DNA of 64,000 nucleotides from the NCBI GenBank assembly GCA_964057225.1, contig OZ059894.1, positions 7,254,001 to 7,318,000 on the forward strand. Reading direction: 5' to 3'. Positions 53,101 through 64,000 of this stretch are shown here, in pieces. Position 1 is the first letter of the stretch. Every line of letters begins with the position of its first letter. The position numbers and the translations under genes were made by a program. Under the pieces are notes generated by a model, which saw nothing but the letters and a program-made list of their open reading frames with translations, was not told where the DNA came from and did not search any database. Source of the DNA: Auanema rhodensis. Lineage: Eukaryota; Animalia; Nematoda.

Positions 53101-53593
53101 AAATATTTGCTTAAAAAATAAATTGTAATAAAAGTTGTGTAATGGCAATAATTTAAAAACCTGTAATCTGTAATCAATTTCTTCATTATCACTTGCATCA
53201 GCTAATCCCCATTCGTACCTGGCTTTTGGTGTGAATTGAGCAAGAGATATTCTTGACTCAGCTTCTGATACCCGTATATTTTCTAAACACTGAAAGAAAA
53301 AATAAATCGTATCACTAATTTAGCTAAGGCTTATAGATCTTTAATTGTTCATCTGTTTAACAAAAAAACAACTGACTTTTCGGATGAACGATATCTCTTG
53401 TTCATGCTCATATTGATTCACACTGTATGAACCATCTAAAATAAACAAAATATCTGACTTTGGCCATTTACACATCTTGATATACGGGCATCCTGCCAGC
53501 AATAGAAGCACCACAATCTGGTAATCACTTGGTTAAATATTATAAAATGCTTACTGAGACATATATACACTGTATAATAAAATAACCTACCAT
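50115..53593 (-). CDS. Membrane protein: signal peptide, VWA, TM, coiled coil/linker, second VWA
   Basis: N-terminal hydrophobic IVVLLLLAG; VWA1 SDILFILDGSYSV; TM LCWTVTAALAGGLLLIFLIACYIIY (52141-52022); VWA2 IDILFLVDSSSSIG..SRVALIQYS..YTGGAT..LVSDG. Joining needs splice 52664>52141 and one GC-AG intron; it could instead be two genes. Confidence 0.7.
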
Positions 53594-54234
53594 TTTTAAA
53601 TAGCATTAGCAATGTTGATTAGAGTAGTTATACTTCTCAGTTTTTCACGTGCTCGTCCAGCTCATCTAAGCGCTACTCCTTGTTTCTATGGGCCACCAGT
53701 GTCCGGTTGCCAACCTGTCTGCGAATAGCCTATGGCTCTCAGTTATGAAGCCAAGCATCACTAGAAAAACAACAATGCTATACACATGAGAATATGAGAA
53801 AAAGAATAAAGCAAAAATAAAAGGTTGAGGGGATTCGAAGCTTCATGTACATATATATATATATATATATATATAGTATTTGAACTCATGTTTTAGATGC
53901 TATTAATTCACTACGTGAGAATATAAAATATATGATTTATATTTACTTCAATGTAATTACGAAGTTTATTCAACGACCCGTGCTCTAACATGACTTTCAC
54001 ATTTGCCTATCATTCTGCTACAAATTAGTTCCTATATTTCCATTTGCTCCGTTGATACTTATTTTTATTCAGCGAAGCGAGTTTAATATGAAACGTTTCT
54101 CTTCTGTGACGAGGGTAAAAAACAAATCTATACATGGACGTCGATAAAATATTTAATCCGTGTCCGTTAGTTGGCTCACCGGAGAGTTTATTTCTGCGTT
54201 TTCGCTATTTGTTCAATATTCTCTTGATCAAATC

Positions 54235-54283
54235 ATGTTCATGCAGGGAGCACGTCAGGGTGCCCAAAAATCTTCACAAATAG
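54235..54283 (+). CDS. rme-1: Candidate rme-1 alternative first exon A (MFMQGARQGAQKSSQI)
   Basis: AG|GTAATA donor, phase 1, in frame with the shared exon at 60649. Confidence 0.5.
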
Positions 54284-55353
54284 GTAATATTCAATTTATT
54301 AAAAATTGATAAATCTATTGAATGATTTTATTTTGTTTATGTTCTCAATGTCGTGAGCAAACCTATCTATATTAGTTGTTTTGCTATTTTATTGATTACT
54401 AATCAGAATGCAGGTTGTGAACAGGAAAAAAAATTATCAAAATAGACAGTTCGACATAATTTGAAAAGTTATTTTTATTAATTGATCGATGTTTTCTTTC
54501 AATTACTTATATACATATTTTTTATGGACTTTTCTAAAAAAAATATATATATATATATACTAAGGTTGAATCATATTAATAAATTTATTTTCATTTATGC
54601 ATGATGTATACTTAAATCAATTTATGTCCCATTTCTATATATCAGAATGCAATAAGCGCTGTTATTGATTTTTTGATAACTTAATTAACATATTTATGCG
54701 TATACAAATTTCACGTGATTTAACGTGACCATGATTCCGTTAGCGTTTTCTCATTTTTCTCCATTCGTCGTCATAGCATGGTCGGTATGTTAACTTTTAT
54801 TTCAATTGTATTACTTTTCTTTTCGAAGAATTGTATATGTCATTTTTCGCTATATCATTGGTAATGTTTTGTTTGACTTTTTTCCCGTGCTCCATTTTTG
54901 ATAACATTTTAAAGCTGGCATGATTTTTTTGTGATCTCGAATCAATAACTTATCCAGCAAACTGGTAATTACACTATCTTCTCTTGGACTTTATCTTTTT
55001 TTCGATCGTTCTGTATTCTGGTGAGCATAGTATAGATTGTTAATTTTGGTAGTTACCTGCATATGTTTTATATTTTAGCGATTTTCATTACATAACCCCT
55101 CTTATTATTATTCGGCTCAGATATTTTTTGTGCTGAATATACTTTTTTTTATATCATTTATGGTTCTTATCTCACAAACATGGAGAAAACATAATTGCTT
55201 CTTTCTTTTTTTCTCTCATTCTCTATTCTTTCATTCTAACTCTTTTTCTTTCACACCCTTCCTCTCTTTTAATCCTTATAATAATTGTAATATTTCTTTA
55301 CACCGTAAATTTCTAAATCATTCTTAGTGGTCTGTGTTGACATTATCAATCTT

Positions 55354-55540
55354 ATGGGTTGTGGTCCTAGTGCAGAGGAACAAGTGGATAATGGGAGAAA
55401 TCAGAGGAACTTGGCAATTGCAGAAGCTTTAAAGGAATGCCGGAGTTCCATTAGAAGTAAAAAGTATATTGTGAACACAGAATCTAGTTATCGTCAAAAT
55501 CCATACGAGGATCTCTACAGTCAAAGATTGAATCCATTTG
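55354..55540 (+). CDS. rme-1: Candidate rme-1 alternative first exon B (MGCGPS...RLNPF)
   Basis: 62 codons plus 1 nt, acceptor-like ttcttag at 55327 upstream, donor G|GTGCGT, phase 1 in frame with 60649. Confidence 0.65.
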
Positions 55541-56632
55541 GTGCGTAATTCTATGACTCTATCGTTTAAGAGTTCACTTTTAAAACGCTTAACAGATTAT
55601 TTTGCTTTATTGCTATCTTTTGACATTCCCTAATTTTTCCCACATTCGATATATTCACTTTTTGAATATTTTATTCCTTCCATTCAGTTAAATTCTTTAA
55701 TTTTGAGTAATGATATGTTTCTTTCAAAAATTTCAAGTATCAAAATGATTTTATTATATATTGATCATTCGTTGCTTGATGACTGGACGGGCCCCGAATT
55801 TTTTGCTTTTAGTTTTGTAAGGTTTCATCTGTCCATGAAAAATCGCCACAAGCTGTCATGATGGTTGATGATTATCAAGGCCCTCTAATCATTAAAATGA
55901 CATTCTTTTTTTAATGCATAGCGCATCTAATTTCTTTGCTTAGTTAAAAATTTCAAAACATCAGATAGTTATCATTTCCGGCCTAGAGATTGTTTTATAA
56001 CCATCAATTTGGCTCAGTTTCTTTTGACTTTGGAAATAATCTATCGATATATCCTTTTGTATATATTACATTGTTCTCTTCTTGTCCAAACTATGTTCTT
56101 TCACAACTTCACCAACTAATTTTGTTCCATTTATATATACATTTGATGTGTACTTTGTTTAATTGATTTTTTCATATAATGATGATCCTCGACCTTTGCT
56201 ATTCCTTCCCTATCTGGTAATAATGGATTAACTTATTTCTTATAGCTAATACTTTTAAATCTTACGGACATTGTAACGTTTTTGATATCAGGGAATCATT
56301 TAATCGCAAAAACCAGGAGAAAAAAATCTCATAAATGTCAACTGCATTTTTTTAGTCACTTCTTATCACTGGCTTATTCACATCTTTGAATAGTTGCTAC
56401 GAGTTTCATTTTTCCTGCTAACTGTAGTTTTCTCTCTTTCTCTGCGCGCTCTATCATTAGTTTTTGTTCACCTTGCCTTTTGCTTTTCCTTGTTACACCC
56501 TCCCATCATTTCTTTTACCACTATTGTCACCCAAGGGTCTTATTGAGCCTTTCACAATCTGTTTTATCTCGATCTCACCGCGAGCTATTTCATCGCTGAG
56601 ATTGGAATTAATAGTATTGCACTATATTCCTA

Positions 56633-58085
56633 ATGGCATCTGTTATGAAAACTGATCCTCTTCACTTGGAATGTGATGACAGTTCGGCAATCGATCAGCC
56701 TGTTGCTCAACAAGTTGTAGTTTCTACTACAATGAAAAATGTGGATACTATGAAGTCTGCTCCATCCTCCGAATCTAAAGAAACTGTAGCTCTAGAAAAC
56801 GAGGCCAATCTTCGCGATTCTCTCGTCGTTTCTCCATCCGGGGAAAGTAGTATGACAGCATCAGGAGTTTGCTCTTCAGATTCATTTGAAGATCTTAGCA
56901 GAGATGCGGACAATGAAGAACCATTGCCTGACAACAATGCGATCGATGCCCATGATTCATCCAACATTCAGTCGTCATGCTCACCTAATGCGAACGTTCC
57001 GGAAACTGTGGAATCAGAAAAAATATTTGAAGATTCTTTACTAACCTCTGCAATGGCCCACGATCCTATTCAAGTGGAGCCCAGAGAGCATATTGAGCCA
57101 ATTGTCTCATGTGAATCACTATCTTCTATCGAACCTAATGTACAAGCAGAAACAGTTCAATCTATTGAACCCTCTGTTGAAGTTGAAGATGTTTCTCCAA
57201 TAGATGTGTCTCATTCTTTCACTGAATCAACATCAGTTGAAAGTTCGGTAAAAGAGGAAATTGCCAGTTTCGAGGTTTGCGATGTTATATCAGGTGTTGA
57301 TGAATCAGCAGATTTTGTATCAGAATCTTCACAGTCCCCTGAAGATACTACTACCATGCTTTCAAAGAAATTTGATAGTGAACCGATAATTGAACATAAG
57401 CTCGACACTTTTGAGGATACTGAAACATCAGCTAGTGAAACAATTCTGGATGACAGCCAACCATTGTCGGACTTGGTTGTCTGTAACCAATCACATCCGG
57501 ACACGGTTAACGAGTCAGCTACTCCAACGGACGCGATTGTTGTGTCCCATTCAGATGTGCAAGAAGATGTGAGTGAATCCAAGTCTATTGTCGATGGTTG
57601 CAACATGCCACAAGCATGTTCGGATAGCATAGCACATGAGGTTGAAGTGATTTCGATTCCTTTGGATGTTTCTACTTCTGAAAAGCCAAATGTTGAAACT
57701 GATGTTACTCCTAGAAGCGAGAACTATGCTGAAGAAAATTCAAAGGAAGAACAAGTGAAAATAGTCGGTACGTTTCCTTCGTTTTTATTTTACCTCTGCC
57801 GATATAGCAGATTAAAATTATATTTTGATATTAATTCGTAACTCATATTTTCAGTAACAGGAGTTTCATCTCCCGAGGAAGAAGCAGAAAAAAGAGAAAC
57901 AGTAACTGAATTACGCAATTCTCCTGTGGTTCCTATGCGCAGGCGCTCAATAATGCAAAATACATCTCCCAGAAATTCTCCTGCTGCCCCACCAAGACGT
58001 CGATCATCAATTTATGCCTCACAAACATCTATCAGCAGAAACTCAACATCTACGTACAGTTTACCTCGAAGTCCACTTGTTCACA
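56633..58085 (+). CDS. rme-1: rme-1 long acidic disordered N-terminal extension (exons 56633-57767 and 57855-58085)
   Basis: Long Ser/Glu/Asp-rich ORF; both donors are phase 1; joins as PLVH|[15 protein letters not shown]. Confidence 0.75.
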
Positions 58086-58957
58086 GTTAGTTTATTGCTC
58101 AATGTTAGGACTTTGATTTTTGCATTATATTATTCGGAGCTCTTGCGTCTAGTCTAGCATATGCCGGTCAAGACTCCGCCGCTTCGTACGGAATACTTAC
58201 ATTGTGAAGGTTGTACAAACAGTCCTTGCACCTCTCACTTGCGGTCTGCTATTTTCTCTCGTTTAGCAACTTCAAGACCTCTGATTTATTCCATTCTTGA
58301 TTCAATTGTAGTGTATTATTTTCTAAAAATTGTAATGACAACTAAAAAGGGTAGGTTGCTATATTCTAATTTTTTATCTATAGACCTACTGCATCTAACA
58401 TTTCTACTACGTATACATTTTTTTTCTGCTCTCTTTTCGTATTTTTTTCTGTACTATCATAACTTTTCTACCTCTCTTTTTAAATCAAATGTACTGCTAC
58501 ATACCTTTTATAACAATTTTAGTCAAGCTAAGACATTTCACTGCTATTTATTTAACGGTTAGAAGATAAGAGACATGTGAAAATGGAGAGAAAGGAGAGA
58601 AGTTGATTCATCGTCGTCTGGTTGCAAAATAACTAGCTATACTTTTGCTCATTCTTGTCCTACCGTCCTACGCATTCCATTCCAGTGACTTCTATTTTTC
58701 GGATTTGAAGCTTGTATACTTGAGGTAGTGACAGTTCTTGTCGTTGCTTGAGGGTTTCTGATAAGAGGCATTTCTTTATCTCCATTTTTCATAGTATCTT
58801 TCTTTCTTTTTTAATTTTTGAGCACACGTATCTGAGACTACGGGACTGATAATTTTGTATTCATATTCTTGTTTCATTACTTGATAATGCGCTTCAACCT
58901 CTTGCAAAGTTCCATTCCCGTTTGGTTTCAGATACTACTTTTCTAATTATATTTAAA

Positions 58958-59003
58958 ATGTTAACATGTGATCGTCCAATCTGGAGAAATGGAGCTGGAT
59001 CAG
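58958..59003 (+). CDS. rme-1: Candidate rme-1 alternative first exon E (MLTCDRPIWRNGAGS)
   Basis: TTTCAG at 58926-58931, aaaATG context, CAG|GTCGTT phase-1 donor. Confidence 0.5.
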
Positions 59004-60680
59004 GTCGTTTCCTGCAATTTAATTTTACAAATACAGCGCGATCAAACGATATCAATATTTACAAATATCAATTGTTTCCTTGATCAAGGCTTGTTCATGC
59101 TTCTGCCTTGGTTATCCAATTTGATTGTGACAAGTTCGAAAATATATTTTCAAAACAATAGTTATCCAGAAATTTGCAGTATTTAAAAGCTCAAACTCCA
59201 GTTTTTATGGCTAATATCTGAACTCCTAGACATTGAATATACATCTTCCTCTGACTCTCTACTTCTTCCAACTCTTCTTCTCTAACACTCGTCTGTCCTT
59301 GTGATATGCTGGACGAGGTCCTTAGTTTGGACTCTATTTCTTTTAGACAAACTGTTTTTCGCCTATGATCGAATAGAACCTTGCTGTGTCAAGAGAAAGG
59401 TCTTATCTGTTGTTGTCCCTAAATCGCTTAATTCGATGTCAACTATCTGTACACATTCATTACGTTAAAGTTTCTGCTTAGTTTCTTCATATTTTTGTGG
59501 ATTCGTCACTGATTATTTTCTTTTCTGCTCATATTGACTCCGTGTAGTTCATACAATCATGAGGTTTGCTAGTTGGCCTGTCATCATGTTTGCCAAATTG
59601 ATTTCTCAACCCATCCTTTTCTTTTTTTAATCATTCCAACGTCGAGGACGCCAACGAATTTGACGATATAGTTTCTGATAGCCAGCCGCTATCTACTTTT
59701 TGTTTTGTTTTTTGCGCTTTTTGTTTCAATATCTCTGTCGATTTCAACCCCTCGTTGACCTCTTTTTCGCTAGCAAACATTGATCAATACTTTCTTTCGT
59801 TATATAATTCATTTGCAAACAGTTACAATGATCTACCTATATAGATGGGATTAATATGATCACCTAATTGCTGATGTGTCATCGATTGAACTCATAGATT
59901 CATCAACGCATCGGGTTTCGTTGTTTCTGTTGAACTGCTTCTCTGCCATTTTGTTATATGTCTGCTCTAAATATTGATCAAAACTTGATACTGAGGCCAA
60001 TGACTTTATCCAAATAAACTAGCAGATTTTATACATATACTTAAAATTTTTTTAACTATTCTGTATTTGTTTCTTTCTTTACGACTTATTCCATATTACT
60101 AAATGATCTTGATGACTCATACGCTAAGGCGAAGTGACCAGCACTACAGGCGGTTTGGCTATTGATGTCATAGTGCTGTGTAGACGATGAATCATTCTGT
60201 TTTTCTTGAATTTATTAGAATTTGAATTGTTCACTTGATAAAAAATATGTTTACTGGTAAATAATCATTTTTGCTTGTGAATTCTTATCAAATTGTCTTG
60301 GTGTAGGTATTTATATAGCGTTGTTGTGTGACCTCTAGCTGAACTAGTAATTCAATTGAATTCTGTCGGATTTTCAACTCATGCAACTTATCCCAATTAC
60401 GTCTTTCTGTATCGATCTTAGTGTTCATTCTTCTACATATCGCGATTTGTGGTTGTCGCGTGGTCTTTATTCTTTAATTTCATGGGTCTTATATTTAAAA
60501 ATCAATTTTTTTGTTCCAACGCGTTAGCTAAATCATTTTCACTTTTAACAAAAAATACCTTTTTTCAACATAACTGCCAGCGAGTTACCGTTATATCACT
60601 AATCACCAATTCATTTCACTTTTTTTTACAATAACTTTACCATTTTAGAAGAGGCAAGCAAACCAGCAAAAAAACGAAGC

Positions 60681-63569
60681 ATGTTTAGCTGGATTGGAGG
60701 AGATTCATCCAAAAAAAAGAACAAGGAGGTTTGATACTTTTATTGAATACTTATGTGTATGAGTTTTAGGTTCTTGAAACCGTTAGCGAAGGTCTCAGAA
60801 AGATTTATAAGCAGAAACTTCATCCACTTGAAGAACACTATAAGTTTCATGAGTTCCACAGTCCTGCTTTAGGTTGATTTATTTAAAAAATTTGTTTACG
60901 AGTTTAAATTCTTAGATGATCCTGATTTTGATGCTAAGCCAATGATTTTGCTTGTTGGACAATATTCCACTGGTAAAACCACATTTATCCGTTTCTTACT
61001 TGAGAAGGTTTGAATACTGACTAGCTTTTTATATATTTAATTTTTTCCAGGACTTCCCTGGTATTCGAATTGGACCAGAACCCACCACTGATCGTTTCAT
61101 TGCTGTCATGCATGGTGATGAGGAAGGTGTTATTCCTGGAAATGCTTTAGTAGTTGATGCCAAGAAGCAGTTTAGAGCTCTTAGCGGGTATAGATGATTT
61201 ATTGATTAAACGCTGATTTATATTTCACTTTTGTAGGTTTGGAAATGCATTCCTTAATCGTTTTCAGTGCTCAACTTTGCCTAATCAAGTTCTTGAAAGT
61301 GTAAGCATTATTGACACTCCAGGAATTCTTTCCGGAGAAAAGCAGAGGTATAACTTTTTTTTCATTTTTCTTGCTTTATTTTACGCGGAAAACAAATTAA
61401 GTCAGGAACTGTCAGCATTATTTTCAAGGACTTTGAATAGGGGGTACATGTGATAATGCTTACTTGAGTTGCGTTTAACCTTGACGCTTGTTTGATAGTA
61501 TTACAAACATTACAGTTATTGAATTGATCAGTCATTAACCTACTATATATTGCGCTTTTTTTCATTGTGTATACATTTATCAGTATCATTGCAGAATTGA
61601 TCGTGGATATGATTTTACGGGTGTCTTAGAATGGTTTGCAGAGAGAGTAGATAGAATCATTCTTTTGTTCGATGCTCATAAACTGGATATCTCTGATGAG
61701 TTCAAACGTTGCATTGAAGCTCTTTCAGGTAACTATCGCAGGTTTTTCAGTTTAATTTGATTTTTTCAATTGCAGGAAATGAGGACAAGATTCGTATTGT
61801 ACTTAACAAGTCTGATATGGTTGATCATCAGCAATTAATGAGAGTGTATGGAGCTTTAATGTGGTCTCTTGGAAAGGTATACTTGATTTTTCTTCTTCAA
61901 TCTATATATTTACAAAATAATCGTTTTGTAGGTTTTCCGTACTCCAGAGGTTGCTCGTGTTTATATAGGTTCTTTCTGGGACCAGCCTCTTCATTACGAT
62001 ATTAACAGGTTTGTAAGCCTAAATTTTTTATATTCATCTTTCTGTTATTCATTAAACGTTTAGCCTGATTTTTTAAATTGTATTATAAAAATTTTCAGAC
62101 GTCTTTTCCAAGATGAACAACAAGATCTGTTCCAAGACCTTCAAGCCTTACCGAGAAATGCTGCTCTACGTAAGCTCAATGACTTAATCAAGAGAGCCCG
62201 CCTGGCTAAGGTATGGTTTTTGTTTCATATCATCTATATATTATATTTGTGTAATTTGATCAATGTTTTTTGTAGTTGTAAGTAATTATATAGGAAACCT
62301 TTTATTAATATTAATTAAACACAGCACGGTTGCATTCATATTTAATATTGGCCAGATATTTATTATATTTTCTTATTCAGGTACACGCTTACATTATTGC
62401 TGAATTGAGAAAGCAAATGCCAACTATGATTGGAAAAGAGAAAAAGAAGAAGGAACTTATTCAAAATCTTGATAAGATTTTCGACCAGCTTCAAGTAAGA
62501 AATCTTTATTTTAAACGTCTAACTTTTCTTTCAGCGGGAGCATAACATTTCTCCAGGAGACTTCCCTGATGTTAACAAGATGAGAGAGAAACTTCAGAAT
62601 CAAGATTTCACCAAGTTCAATCCTATCAAGCCTAAACTTCTCGAAGTTGTCGATGGAATGCTTGCCTCTGATATAGGTAACCATTAGATTAAATCCTTAT
62701 TTCAAAATAATGATATATAGCTCGTTTGATGTCTCAAATTCCCAAAGAAGAGCAAGCCATGGTTGTAAACGGTGGTCCTCATGAACAACCATCAGTTAAA
62801 GGAGGAGCATTTAGTAATGCCCAAGAAACGGAAACTCCATTTGGTTTCGGAAAGGTACTAGCTTCTCTTTTCTGTTTTTTTTAAACTTTTTAATCTATTG
62901 ATAATTCTTGAGTAGTTCACTTTTTTTAGTATAATGATCGTTGGGTAGGTGATAAGTTTCAGTTCAGATTGATCCTTTTTATGCTTTTCTGCAATTCTGT
63001 CGACAGCTTTTTGTATTCCTTGTTGTTCATTGTTTTCTTATAATCTTCTGTTCTGTAAGCCCTCTGTGTCCTGAAACGCTGCCAAAAAGTTTACTGTTAT
63101 ATCCTTATACGTAGCCAAATATCCCTCAGAAGTGCTAATTAGCATATGTAAAACTGAATATGTTTTCAGGGAGAAGGTTTCGACAAGGGAGCCGATGAGA
63201 ATGAATGGGTAGTAAGCAGGGAACGAAATACTGCCGATTCTACATTTAACAGTCTTGGCCCAGTTAATGGATATCTCTCTGGTTTGTATAAGACAAGCCA
63301 CTTTCGATTATTTATAAAATGTTGCAGGACGCATTGCTAAGGAACATATGGTTAAATCTAAGCTTCCAAATGCTGTTCTCGGAAAGATTTGGAAACTGGC
63401 CGATGTTGACAAGGACGGTCAATTAGATAATGACGAGTTCGCTTTGGCTAATTATCTTATCAACCTGAAGCTCGAAGGCCACGAACTTCCAAATGATTTA
63501 CCTGGTCATCTTGTTCCTCCTAGCAAGAGAAATGTTGAGACTGTGTACCCCACACTTGAAGACGAGTAA
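60681..63569 (+). CDS. rme-1: RME-1 / EHD endocytic recycling ATPase, core (shared exon begins 60649)
   Basis: [74 protein letters not shown]-terminal EH domain ([22 protein letters not shown]) and YPTL tail. Confidence 0.97.
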
Positions 63570-64000
63570 ATCTCTGATAACGAATCTTATGCAACAATTG
63601 TTGTTTAACGTCTGGAGCCTAACTATCTTCACTTTTTGCACATTTTCCGGTTAACCTATGTATTTCTAATACTCACCTTCGTAGTACAGGATATTACTTA
63701 GGAGTTTGCTTTGCCTTTTCACCTTTTAATATACATGTCTATCCGTGATTACACGGCGCTCTTTAGCGACCATTTTTTCCGAATGTCATCTGTTATGTTT
63801 AAAGTTTATGCTAACCGCATAATATAATTCAATCTGTTAGCAGAACATCTAGCTTCTGTTTGTGATAAAAAAGAAAGGAAGACGATTGTTTGATAAATTA
63901 TATAAATAATGCTGTTTCAATTTTCAAGTGCTATAGTAATTTATTGTTGGAGCGGTAATAAAGTTTTTATGAGCTTACCTCTTTATTAATTTTCAATATA

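Noticed and set aside
1-64000. tRNA, rRNA, transposase or CRISPR features
   Set aside because: None recognisable by eye; covariance-model and repeat searches would be needed to exclude small ncRNAs or MITEs.

Overview
AT-rich eukaryotic DNA from a rhabditid-type nematode, judged from TTTTCAG acceptors, many 42-60 nt introns and C. elegans-like proteins; the species cannot be determined. Gene models were spliced by hand and family calls rest on remembered protein sequences, not database searches. Left to right: a largely non-coding 7 kb, an O-acyltransferase/SGNH (oac) pseudogene, an intact Srx-type chemoreceptor, unc-76 (FEZ1), mitochondrial OSGEPL1 head-to-head with an SRSF4/5/6 (rsp-1-like) gene, a divergent ELT-3-class GATA factor just downstream of rad-50, tropomodulin tmd-2 with three alternative C-termini, a 60-aa membrane microprotein, a SUT-1/SNA-1-like snRNP protein, a VWA-TM-VWA gene, and rme-1/EHD. 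The most striking observation is at rme-1: a bank of phase-1 alternative first exons. One starts MGCGPS (myristoylation plus palmitoylation motif) and, once spliced, creates NPF|EE, the preferred ligand of EHD-family EH domains, giving a predicted lipid-anchored EHD isoform that carries its own EH ligand. Also notable are a poison 3' splice site in the SR gene, FOX/SUP-12-type elements at tmd-2 and an inferred GC-AG intron.
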